A stretch of 51,818 bases of DNA, the filler included, from Circinaria calcarea (lineage: Eukaryota): assembly GCA_051942165.1 (NCBI GenBank). It is 2 parts of 2 records of this genome, joined end to end, with 100 filler letters (N's around TTAATTAATTAA, not from the genome) between each part and the next. Parts side by side here need not be neighbours in the genome. Positions count along the whole stretch, not along the records: positions 25,997 to 51,818 come from JAVECS010000089.1; 1 more part is not named here. One strand, 5' to 3'. The first letter of the stretch is position 1; the number at the start of each line of letters is the position of its first letter. Positions 39,303 through 50,470 of this stretch are shown here, in pieces. The translations under genes and the position numbers were made by a program. Under the pieces are notes generated by a model. That model had not been told where the DNA came from. It did not search any database and saw nothing but the letters and a program-made list of their open reading frames with translations.

Positions 39303-42105
39303 ATGGAGGTTATGACTGAAGGTAAGTTCGTCCGGCGTCGTAAGGAGGTGAAATTTGCGGGACCATGGGCTGGAAGAAGCTTGGATATTCCTCACTTCTT
39401 CGCTCCTTTGGTCTAATCAAAGTATGTGCTGATCACTTCTACGACTAGTGGTGATTACCTTGACACCGCTCGATGGCACCTCGAAACGTACACTTATCCT
39501 TAACCCTGCCAAGCGACATGTCGAGATTGGGAGAGCTTCCAAAACGGCGAGCAAAGGACTGGTAGCCCGCAAAGATAATGCCTGGTTTGATAGTCCTATC
39601 ATGTCAAGGACTCACGCCGAGATTCTCCTTGTTCTGGACCCCGAGCGAGTAAGTCGGAGTCGGGATTTGGACTATCGCATTACTCGCTTACGCTGACTAT
39701 TTTAGGCTATCTTCCTACAAGACCTTGGCTCTACGCATGGGACGTTTGCCGAAACTCGGAGGCTGGACACTGGGGAGAGATACCCGTTCGTAAATGGAGA
39801 CGTGATCACATTTGGCCAGAAAGTTACGAGCGGAGCATGTATGTTCACCCACACCTGTTTGGTCCAATGAGTTCGACCCGCCCAGACAATCTCAAACCAA
39901 ATGCGGTGGCGTTACGGCTAAGTGAGTTCTAGGTACGTATCCTGCGAAAGAATTTCACGTACATTACATCTGGCAGCCTTGGAGGTATGTCCATCCAGGA
40001 TGCAGTACCTGACAGATATAAAAATCATTAACGGGGTTTCTAGTAGCCCCCAGTCCGATCCCAGCCCTGAAAGCTGGAGCACGAATGTCAATCCTGGGTT
40101 TCAGGTACCTTCTGAAGAGTCAGAATCCGATGAAGAATTTCCTCGCAAAACACGGTCTGATATGTCAATTCTTGTGTCTGCAATGAACACCTCTTCAGGT
40201 TCGCCCATGAACAATTCAGGCTTTGATATCGACGAGGCTATCACACCGTCGTCTTCAACTTCTCATGTAGCCTTGGATAAGCCTCCTTCGGGAAAAGTCG
40301 TTCCGGAAATATCTAAGAGCTCAAAAATAACTTCAGACCTGGCCGATCAACCGGTTGTAGTCTCTGAGGTGACTAAATCGGACGTTCAAGTGTTTGATTT
40401 GACTGGAACCGAGGAAGACAGACCCCACAAGAGTATCTCTGAAGACGCATGTCTCGGATCAACCCAAGCGAATCCGATTGAGTTAGAGCCAACCGATCCC
40501 AAGGTACATTACGATACTGTGAGTGATACTGACGATGAAGGGCCGGAGAGTTTGCCAATTGGTCAGAACCCAATCACCCAAAGTGCTCAAAACTCAGCTA
40601 CACAAGTCAAATCAGCAGCCACCCGGTCCACAAATTTCCACCGTTTCATGATTGATAGCTCTGATGGCAGCGAAGCTTCTGACGATGAGATTAATGGCAA
40701 GAGGATTAGGAAAGCTGCGGTAGAATCAACAATAGCCGATAGCGATACAAACGAAACAGACCCAGAGGATGACTTATTTGTATCCGAAGGCGAGGATTAC
40801 GACTTTGACCTCCAGCAAGAGCTCATTGCGGATCACGGGCGCACCTCTCATGATTCACACCCATTGAGCTGGGATGACAGTGATATTGACGAGGAGGTAG
40901 AAGATGACGACGAAGATCTCGTCGACCTCGACGAGAGTGGCCCTGATCAGAAAGCCGTCCAAGGAACCTGTGTCCACCTTAACATCAAAGAAGATATAGC
41001 CCTAGATCGGCATCGCGTGTTAGTGGAGAATAGTCAGATGATTATGCCATCACTTCGGATAAGCGCTGCAGAAGCTATCGATGTCAGCCAGAACTGCATG
41101 AGCCCTTGGGTTCCGTTGCATCGAGCTCCGAGTCCTTCTGATGCTGCGTTGGTGAAGCCTCCCAAGATGACTAAATTGCCACATGAAGCAACAATGGATA
41201 AGTCTTTCTCGAGATCCTTCACAGAGGAGCACCTCTCAACCCGGCATCTCTCCAGCGATATGAATGGGTATCCTCCCAAACTGACCGACGTCACTTCCAA
41301 CCATGTAACAGCCAATCCTAGCCTCTTCGTCCCAGACTATAACTTCAACTACAATGATCAAATCCTGCCGCGTTATGACGATGGGCCTTTTGCTGGGTGG
41401 CAAAAGTACAGCGTTCCATCACTACATCAGCACCAGTTCATGCCATCCTCCCGACCAGCCAACATCGAGAGTCAACAGAACGACTTGAATGCATCTGAGG
41501 GCCCTTATACCCAACCATATTGGAGATACAATATGGAACAACGAGACGCCGTTGATGCTGGTGCACCACCAGCTATGACCGCACCAGATATCTATACGGA
41601 ACATCAAAATACTCACAAGTTGTCGGAAACGCGGGAGATCAAGTCCTCTAGACTGCCTATCTCGGACATTGTCAATGAAGCTTCGGTGCAGATCAAGGAT
41701 CTGTCGCACGGTCTTAAGAGAAAAGTAGATGAGATGATGAGAGATGATCAGGTGGAGGAGCGCAATGCTGAAATGACTTCAGCCAGCAGTCACAGATTTA
41801 CTCAGGAATCCATCTTACCTAATGCCCAATCTCGAGACGTGGTGGAATTTTCAGAACCGATGCGCCAAGAGACTCTTCTTGAACCTGTGACTCTTGCTGT
41901 TGATTCTATGGCTGTAGCAAGCACTGAAGGCCCCATACGGAAGAAGCTCAAGCATGATGTCAGACGTCCCAGCGGTATCCGAACCTTTGTCTCTGGAATG
42001 GTGGCTGGAGGCTTATCCGTCATGGGAGCTCTTTTCATGTATGGTGTGACAGCCCCAGAGGTGATTCAAGATACCGTACGCCTTGAATTCCAACGACATG
42101 TTTGA
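39303..42105 (+). CDS. FHA-domain protein with a long acidic disordered region and a C-terminal hydrophobic anchor; 4 introns
   Basis: Spliced N-terminus with FHA motifs VEIGRASK, FDSPIMSRTHAE, LQDLGSTHGTF and GDVITFG; large last exon ending in the hydrophobic FVSGMVAGGLSVMGALFMYGV. Confidence 0.8.
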
Positions 42106-43214
42106 TTGCACCTCACCGAGTTCCTAAAGTCTGTTTCATTTCTCGAGACCGCAACTGTTTAAAGGCTGGATACATCTAAGACGAAAGTATGAAGGTGCCA
42201 GGGCACTGGTGGAGATTTGGTCTGGAGAATGGAGGAGGCCTGGAGTTATGGTAAGTTTGATGCATTGAATGCATATGCGGTTACAAAGTGTGATTCGGTA
42301 ACACCGAAGAAGGTGGTTGGCAATACACAAGCATTGTTCTCTTTCGCTCGTCATCCGCCAGGCGCAAAGTGGGAACCTTGATGCGTCTGTCTCGAGCTGG
42401 GAGTTTTGGAATTACGTGGTGATGTGTCTGCGTGGCTCTCGTCACAACAATCATGTTCTCTCCCTTTACAGGTCCGGATCTTTTGTCACTAGGCTTCATC
42501 AATGAAATTTGGTCGTTGGAATCGGTCCCTCTACGTTGCAGTCACTGAATCATTCTGGCCGGTCCTTGATCCGTAATAAATACATTAATATGTAATCTGA
42601 CAAGTCCTGACCCCTTGCCAGTCTTTGTCTATTTGAAATATTCCCCTCGAAGAAAAGAGATAAAATCCAGCTTTCCTTCCTTAGCTCTTCTCGTATGTTG
42701 ACAAAAGCCTACTTTATTTTCATAAGCGCCCTTGAAATAAAGTCTAGGTCAATCATAACCATGTCCGATCGTTAACTGCCTAACCGTCGAATAGCTTATT
42801 TGCATACAGCGCAGGACACCAATCTTTCCCCCTTTGGCTTTTTGGGGAGGTGCGGGGAAAGGCGTATCTGCATAAAAGCCTCCCTCGCTCCATGGCACCG
42901 TCGGGTCGAATGTTGGAGGTTTTAAAAAAATCAGCTTATAGACGAATTCGATATAACACTGAAAAACCGGGCGTTGCCGAACCAGCCAAAAACAAGCGAA
43001 TGTTATGATTGGCATGCATGGCCGGGGAAACAGTGCTAATTGGGCGCGCCTTTCGCGCCATATCTCAACGATTCCCCGAGCATTCTCCTCCACACATTCT
43101 CTCGACTCTTTACAGTAATTCATAATATCACATAGTATTTCAGTAGCCTTTATCAATATATACATTCCGGTTATACCGTGCAGCCTATTGAAGACATAGC
43201 GCCCCCCCCTGTGA

Positions 43215-43320
43215 TGCACCTCCTTTCTGCACGGTTCGTACTGCAACCTGCACCTCCTTTCTGCAGGGTTCGTGCTGCAACCTGCGCCTCCTTTATGCAC
43301 GGTTCGTGCTGCAACCTGCA
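43215..43320. repeat. Minisatellite, about 3.1 copies of a 34-bp unit
   Basis: Units start at 43215, 43249 and 43283 (partial at 43317): TGCACCTCCTTTCTGCACGGTTCGTACTGCAACC with a few substitutions each. Confidence 0.9.
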
Positions 43321-44126
43321 TCGCTTTTAACCACTCTTCTTGACACAGATTCCTGTTAGCCTTAGGACCCCAGCCCCACGGCAACCCTGTTCATGGGTGT
43401 CTTGGGCGTAGGGGTGGGCACAATGGTTCAGTACGAATTGAAAAAGCGTTGGTCCTTTAGGAAATAGGAGCCAGCAGAACAGGCGATTATGGCTTCATCT
43501 ATGGCAGTAAGGCTATAAGCAGTTATGGCCTTGAAGTATGTGTGTTTCTACTCAAACAGAGTTCTCACCCTTTTCTGCTGCTTTCGGCATGGCCCGTATT
43601 ACCTGCCGCGTGGGTTGGAGCTGAATGAATTCAGCAGCGTGCCTGATGGTAATACCAACAATATGTAGGAAGTTTCTCTTCACGGTGATCCTTCATTCGT
43701 TTCGGTGTTAGCTTAGCTGATCTTTTGCAATACATTCTAGCCAGTAGTAACAATTCCGCCTCCACTTACTGAATCGCAACTCGAGACGTGTCAGGCAAAA
43801 GTGCAGTATCTGCTAGTGTTGGACGATAGAATACGGCATCACAACAAAGAAGAGGCAGGCATTGCGCCTCACACAGGCAGTGGTCATAGTGTTATTGAAG
43901 ATCTCGAAGGAAATATGACCTTGAATGTTTGCAACTATACCCTGTTGGTGCTGTTGTAGAGGAGATCTCGAAACTGGCACGGCCTGGCTGTTTAGTGGTC
44001 CTACTGCTGTTTGAAACTCTCGAAGGGCTCATGAGCTGGAAGGGGTTGTTACTGTACAAAGTTGGGTGCTATTGCAGAATAGACTCCGAGATTTGCACCG
44101 CCTGACTGTTCAACCGTTGGCTCTTG

Positions 44127-44378
44127 TATAAAGGACGCCTCCACTCATAAAGATGTTCCTCAGTAGCAGGCTTCCTTCAATCATCACATTAGTCCAGTAT
44201 TCACTTAACACTACCTTGAGCAGTCCCGGCGACTCCTCATCAGTTTCATCGCACTACAACCATCCTTTTCACTACACTCAGATCTATCGTTCTCTCCGCC
44301 TCTATTTGTCAAGCAGGTAGGGGTCTCGGGCAGAAGTTCTTCGCCAAACCGTTTCTGATACTCCTCGCTTAGGTAAGT
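44127..44378 (+). promoter_or_regulatory. TATA box, AUG-free leader, and 5'-UTR intron (44317-44372) immediately followed by a second donor GTAAGT (44373)
   Basis: TATAAA at about 44127; CAG|GTAGGG...CTGAT...TTAG|GTAAGT. Confidence 0.55.
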
Positions 44379-44428
44379 AACCTTCACACGGAAAAGCCCT
44401 ATCTCGCGGCACCCTCTCGGCCCGGAAT

Positions 44429-44830
44429 ATGAAATTTATCGCCTCCGTTAGCGTCATCCTCTCGCTTACCAGCTTCGCCCTTGCCACCTTTATCCCCGAA
44501 GGAGGCATCCAACAGCGAGACGCCGCAGGAGAAATCTTTCAGTCTCGCCAACTCGATAGTCGAGCCCAGCGCACCTGTAAAAACCAAGGTTATATCGGTC
44601 GGCCCAAGTACGATCCCAACTGCCTACCGGCGAACAGCAAGGGTTATAAAAGCTCGCACAACTGCGCCAGCGGAGGACATAAATCTTACCTGTGCGTGGA
44701 AAACGGCGTTGCAACCTGCTATGTAAGTCTTTTCCGATACCGCTTGCTGTTCCAGGTAGGTTAACCGCTTTTATAGACCGGAGGACAAGTCAAGAAGCTC
44801 AACGCAGAAGGAGGCGAGTGCTTCAAATAG
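44429..44830 (+). CDS. Small secreted cationic cysteine-rich peptide precursor (115 aa, 6 Cys), putative antimicrobial/effector; intron 44723-44776
   Basis: Signal MKFIASVSVILSLTSFALA, acidic Arg-ended pro-segment, mature part of about 70 aa AQRTCKNQG...NC...NC...LC...TCY|TGGQVKKLNAEGGECFK*. Splicing supplies the sixth Cys. The mature part has 10 K/R against 4 D/E. Confidence 0.85.
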
Positions 44831-44854
44831 GCCCAATAACCAAAATCGCCCAGA

Positions 44855-45196
44855 ATGAACGTCCCACTTGCCAGCAGCACCATTCTTTCCACTCCCGCCC
44901 TCGCCGAACTCGCCACCTCCGGCGCCCTGAACGAAATCGCAAACTCCCCCGGTTCCATCAAGCATCACATCACGCGGGACGGCCAGATCGAGAACGGCCG
45001 TGTCAGTCGCCCGCTGTTCTTTGCCATCTATCAGACTGGCCGTTACGGACCACAGAACGGCTTTAAACTCTGCCTAGTACATCAGCATTTCGAGCTCGAC
45101 CGCTACGATTTCTCGGGCTTAGAGCAGGAGATTGCGTCAGGGACGGCGGAGTATATGGTGCTCGGGACTGCGGGACCGCCCATTAGAGATCCATGA
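44855..45196 (+). CDS. Small non-secreted hypothetical protein (113 aa) starting 24 nt after the peptide gene stop
   Basis: Intact ATG-TGA ORF with C-rich third positions and globular composition (PLFFAIYQTGRYGPQNGFKLCLVH); no signal peptide. Confidence 0.65.
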   Translation: MNVPLASSTILSTPALAELATSGALNEIANSPGSIKHHITRDGQIENGRVSRPLFFAIYQTGRYGPQNGFKLCLVHQHFELDRYDFSGLEQEIASGTAEYMVLGTAGPPIRDP

Positions 45197-46274
45197 GCTG
45201 TGAGCGTGCATAACTATTTCGAGTCTGCTCGGAGGCTGCGATGTATGCGATAGTTTAGCTACTGCGAAATAGAAAAGCTGGTGGATACTACCACTATACT
45301 GCTGTGCAATCATCGTCAAAAGAACGTTTACTGCTTATATCGTGTTTAACTTAACTCGGAACCAACTCCCCCCCAAAAAGAAAACCCAACGGTCGAGTTT
45401 TAAGGTAAGCCGGGGCTCCTTTGTGTAGAAAGGAGGAGCTTTACAAGGAGGAGACTACATCTTCAATGAGCGGCACAGTATGACCGGAATATATATATGG
45501 GTAGAAAAAAAATTGAATACTGCTATGTGTTAAATAGAGAGCCAAGCATACCGTATGTTATACAAAAGTTCTGTACTGCCCATATTAATACTAGCGTGGG
45601 CTATAGAGTTTTCCCCTTGGCTTCGCACTTTGCGAACCATACACGTTACACAATATATCGACTATTGCGTACACATTGAATACCGTCTTGATGCATTGCT
45701 TAAGCCACTCCCTGCTAAGCCTTTGACACTATGAAATGCTGTACAAATTCTGTATATGTACTATATATATAATATGTACGTGTCGGGAAGCAAAGTGGGC
45801 ATCGCTAAAATATGGGACGAGACGCGCGCCTAATGAGCGCTACTTTCCCGCCACTTTCCCGATGTGCTCCAGAGCCGGTTTTCACCATGGTGATATATAG
45901 CCTAATATACTACGTATATGCTATTGCTGAACGTGCTAAGCTATATTTGGCATTACGGGTATGAAATCTGTAAAGACGGTTTGCTCTTCAAGCCTCGCAT
46001 AATATCCTTTCGAACTACCGCCAAAACGCCCAAAAACCATGCCAGTCTAAACACTCCCTGTCCAGTCCCAGCAAAATAAGTTTGGAAAAAAAACCCCCAA
46101 CAACATAAACAGGCCCCTCTTTGTCAATTTGTGCAAATGCCGCCCTTTCATGCAGAGATCCTCCACCTCAACTTCTGTCTTCTCCACCTCACAAGTTCTC
46201 GCCATGGCCAGCCATGTTCAATCAACCTTTGCAAGTCCAGACTCTAGTAAACACTTTCCCATAGTTGTGCCTCC

Positions 46275-47078
46275 CTACGCTGAAGGGCTGCAAGATGCTG
46301 GAATAACAGGTCTTCGCGTCGATCGAGAGCCTCTTGTGCGCGAATCCCTTGAGTGAGACGCCGCTTGCACATCCCGAGCTGTGAATGATTGGAGGTCACG
46401 GCGTCGGTCAACAAATGCGGCGGCATAGTCCAGGGATCTCTGGTGCCTGGGGGAGCTACTGCGGGAGCCGCTGTTAGGAGAGCCTTTGGGGGAGGGAGAG
46501 TCTTTTGGAGAGCTAGGAGAGGGCTCCCGAGTGGGAGGTTCGGAAAGATTGAAATCAACGACGCTAACCTCGGGTTGGACGTCTCTGACTTTAGCATCGG
46601 CGACGCGCTTTGCGCAATTGCGTGCCCCTGGACCACAAGCAGGAATGACTTTTCGATCCTTTAAGCTGTATGTTACGACGGTGCCACCTTGAAATCCACC
46701 CGGGACAATCCTGGCGGCTAATTCCTCCCCGTGCTCGCCGTCTCCTGATGAGGCAAAGACGAAGTCACCGCGCGTGTTCTGGTAGACCGTTATTGCCATC
46801 GGGGCAGTCGGTGGTTTCTTAGCAAGACCTTTCAAAATAGCAACCATATGTCTGGCGGCCAATACGCACACGGCAGCCATATTATCTGGTCCCATGATAT
46901 GGTCGGTCTTATATATGCCTTGGAATCTGTTGCCTTTTAACTCCACCCATTTGCCGCTGTATTTCGGTGTTATGGGTGCTCGTCTTCCAAGAGCATGACT
47001 GGAGCTGTCACCAAAGACTAGCTGGCTTGTCGCGGCTAGTAAAAGCAGGACAACATGCCGCGAAACGCTGAAGAGCAT
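46275..47078 (-). CDS. Secreted protein with a Zn-dependent deaminase-like signature (putative toxin/effector), 267 aa
   Basis: TATAAA at about 47270, signal MLFSVSRHVVLLLLAATSQLVFG, pro-peptide ending in RR, domain with FVFASSG-DGE-HGE...VVTY...IPACGPGARNC, then an S/P-rich linker and an Arg-site-rich tail. Confidence 0.7.
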   Translation of the reverse strand: MLFSVSRHVVLLLLAATSQLVFGDSSSHALGRRAPITPKYSGKWVELKGNRFQGIYKTDHIMGPDNMAAVCVLAARHMVAILKGLAKKPPTAPMAITVYQNTRGDFVFASSGDGEHGEELAARIVPGGFQGGTVVTYSLKDRKVIPACGPGARNCAKRVADAKVRDVQPEVSVVDFNLSEPPTREPSPSSPKDSPSPKGSPNSGSRSSSPRHQRSLDYAAAFVDRRRDLQSFTARDVQAASHSRDSRTRGSRSTRRPVIPASCSPSA

Positions 47079-48286
47079 TGTGAAACGATAATACGCCGGG
47101 CCTGCAGCGCTGCTAAGATGCAGGAGGATTGATATCTGTCTTTGAACAAGACGAAGGGTTGAGGGAGACAGCGCGTTTGAGAGGAATACACTTGGAAACG
47201 CTTCAAAAGGTGAAAGAGCTTTGGAAGATATGATACCGATATAGAATAAGAGATATTGCCTGCCCACTTTATAATCAATACGCCCCTATAAGTCACGAAC
47301 AACATATCGAGGCTCTGCTATCAATATCGATGATTGTGCCATTTTCCTCTGCTGTTAGTAATATGTTTTAGATCTCCAACATATTGCTATTGGAGGCGAG
47401 GCGCACGTTGCAAAGAACAAGCGCTTCTCGGTTATAGGCTGGAGGAGATGTAGGAAACGCAGCCAAAAGGCAAAGATTTGCCCTAATTGGATGTTTACTA
47501 TTTGTAGTCCGTACAATTTCGATTCATATTCTTATAGCAGAATATCGGTAAATAATTAAAACATAAGCACTTGGTCTGTGGAGCTGGACTGCGGCGCCTG
47601 AGGTGTTCTATATTCTAGTTAATTTGTCGTGTGAAAATCTTAGTTCTGACCCTATGGTAGCATCCGTAAAGCTGCAAGTGCCCAATTCTTTAGAATACAC
47701 AGCCATGATCGGCTTTGCAACGGGTACAGTGCTGTCCATCCGGATTGGTGCGGGAATCTCCCAGGCTTGGTGCATGGCCTCAGCTGTTCGGCTCCTTACC
47801 ATCGCAGAGTTGGTGCTCGCAGGTGGCGTTAGCTTAGCCACAATGTCCATTGGTTTGTTTTGGAAGCAACCTGAGATTATTTAGATAAAATAGCTCGCCG
47901 AGTACAATAAGCTTTGGTGGCAAGGCGGAAACACCATCCCTTCTTCACCTGCTAAGGCAATTGCCTCCGTCCCGGAGAGGTGAACTTCCTTTCTTTTTTC
48001 TCGGTATCCTGGCTTGGCACCACCTGAGTAGCAGCCTTAAGGGTTATGTGTTGGATGTTGGTGAACTTGGACAAATCAAGGGACATTCTTTACAAAGCAG
48101 TTAACATGTAGCAAAGTGACCAGACTGTTCCTGGATAAGCCAAGTCAAAAGTCAAGTCCGGTTGGTGAATTAAGTCCATATGCCTTCCTCCATTGATCTC
48201 ATTCCCTTCATACCACTGCATCAAGTGCTTACTCGTCCGCATGCTCTCACCCTCTTTACGCCCTTCTACAGCGCCCCTTCACCATC

Positions 48287-50470
48287 ATGGCTCCAGCCCG
48301 CATGCCCTCCAGCTCAACGGCTCTACCGTTTGAACTTCTTTGTTCCATCATCACGAGCACGCGGGATGCGCAAACTCTCGATAGCTGGTGTATCGCCTCC
48401 AAATCTCATCCAAGTCTGCATCGAGTCGCCATGGGGGTCAGGTGGGCCAGAGTTAGCATAGCTCAGGCAGACTTCATCCTTCCCCCGGAAGACCGTGGCC
48501 CATTTTATACACACCACCCGCTGCTACTAATCGATCGGATAACTGGTGGGTTCGACAATGTCATGACTTCCCAATTGCCCGCAAGCTACATCAAACAGCT
48601 CAACCTGTCCTTCCAATTCCAGACGCCTTCCTCCTTTATGGGAGAAGAGGGACACCACGAGTATGTTCTCGAAGACCTCCCATGCAGCGAAGATTTACAG
48701 TATTCGCTCATCACTTTACTTCCCAACTGCACTGCATTGTCAGAGATTGACCACGAGGGAGTTTTACATCAAGAGAATCTGGACCAAATCACAAATCTCG
48801 TGAAACCGCCTCTCCATACACTTCGATTACGAAAGACTCCCCCTAGATTTCCGGCGAGGTGGCGCCATCCCCATCCTCCATACGGCGTACGACGTGACGG
48901 ATGTCGGGAAGATGGTTATCGTGTAGACTTTGAGCACATGGATCTACGGTGGGGTCATCTAGTACGACTAAGGCTCCTGCGGACCCTCGAAATCAGTCAA
49001 TTATTCCCGAATGAAGGGATTACTCTTGCCAAAGTTATCGGTGAGCTCGGAAACCTTGAGAGGCTTCTTCTCGTTACGGCCCAGCTGCATCCTGCAGAGG
49101 CCGACATGGATGTTCTAGGAGGGTATCCCTCTCACCTGAACGGATTTCTCAGTCATGTCTTTCCTGCAAACCATTCGACTACATCCGATCGACCATCATG
49201 TAAGCTCCCGCCACGGCTTAGATCACTAGCCCTCAGCGATCCCAATTCAAGGTATGAGTGCTTGCCGTTATCATGGTGCAGAGGACTCTGCTGATGGCCC
49301 TATAGGAATGTGTTTGTAAATGAGCCGTCATCATCATACCCTACCACGTATTCCGCATTGACAGAAATTTTCCTGGACATCGATAATCTTACTGCACTTG
49401 GAAATATCTTCAAGTGGTTGCAGATGCCGGCACTTGAGAGGTTTGCCGTTCCGGCAGTAATTACCATACCAGCACTCGATCCATGGGTCGGTCCTCCCGG
49501 TAACGAAGATCTTATACTCGTGGACACTGCGTATCCCGATCTTGTCGGGTTGATCAACAGTCTGATCCAAAGGCACGAGGCCACACTGCAGCAAGTGACA
49601 CTGTTCAACGCATGGCAGGAAGGGGGCGAGGATGGTAGTGGCACTGTGAGAGAATTGAGCCACGATTGGTGTTGCTCATTTTTTACCCATGACCTAGTCT
49701 TGGGTACACCTTCCCCAGACTTCTGTCGCCGCACGCCCAGATCTAATACGCTCCGTAATAGCTTCTACAGGCTCCGAAGGGCAATTGACGGTCCAGGATG
49801 GGGCTCAGATCTTCAGCGTCTAAGGATTGACCAACTCGATTTCGATGGACTTGTGCTCGATGGATTTGCCACGCCAGAGCTTGCACATCTGAAATTATTA
49901 ATGCTCTATCCGTGGTCTCTTCGTTTATCCTCTTCGAATTCCCAAAAGTCTCTTCCTGCAGATATGAATTCGTTTAATGAAGGACGGATTGCTCTGGGCA
50001 TCATATCAGAGAATTTGCCTCGGCTTCGTGTCCTGGTGATTGGCGGTTATCAATTCTGGGTTGAACGAAGCCCCGCTGTAAATGCCACTGATGATGCAAC
50101 CGTCCCATCAAGATCAAATGTTATCAAGACTACGACCAAGCTCTGGCACTTCCTATACGCACAAAAAGACGCCCAACAACGCCTTCAGATAGCTCATTGT
50201 TTGTTAGGCCACGACTGGAGCTTCCTCAACGAGATCCCTGCTCACCCCCGGAAAGACGACTCGCGAGCTATCCGCGCGAGACGAGCTCTGGATGGTAATT
50301 ATCTGTTTGGGCGAAGGCCATCGTTGCAGATGCGGAAACATAGGAATTACATGGTGCTCTCCCGTGAAGACCCTGACGCTGAGATTCAAACTAGGCAACA
50401 AGGCCAGCGCTCCTTTAGGCATGAGCGAGAGTTGATAGACCTCGCAACGTGGCATTCGTTCAATATCTAA
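48287..50470 (+). CDS. F-box-like / leucine-rich-repeat-like hypothetical protein (about 709 aa); intron 49252-49305
   Basis: N-terminal LPFELLCSII (F-box-like start) and repeated LxxLxL strands (LRTLEI, LERLLL, LRSLAL, LQRLRI, LKLLML, LRVLVI). The intron GTATGA...CTGAT...TAG joins the two ORFs in frame. Confidence 0.7.

Noticed and set aside
43215..43320. CRISPR-like repeat
   Set aside because: The units are head-to-tail with no unique spacers, the context is eukaryotic and there are no cas genes.
42749..43384. 211-aa minus-strand ORF
   Set aside because: It has a non-ATG start, runs through a 34-bp non-triplet repeat and shows no protein-like motifs.
43741..43959. Open frame of about 72 codons after an acceptor-like TTCTAG
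   Set aside because: I could not join it to an upstream exon without stops; at most a gene relic.
44828..44857. Stop-codon readthrough fusing the peptide to ORF2 (same frame)
   Set aside because: Two stops (TAG, then TAA) would both have to be bypassed; alternative splicing or reinitiation is simpler.
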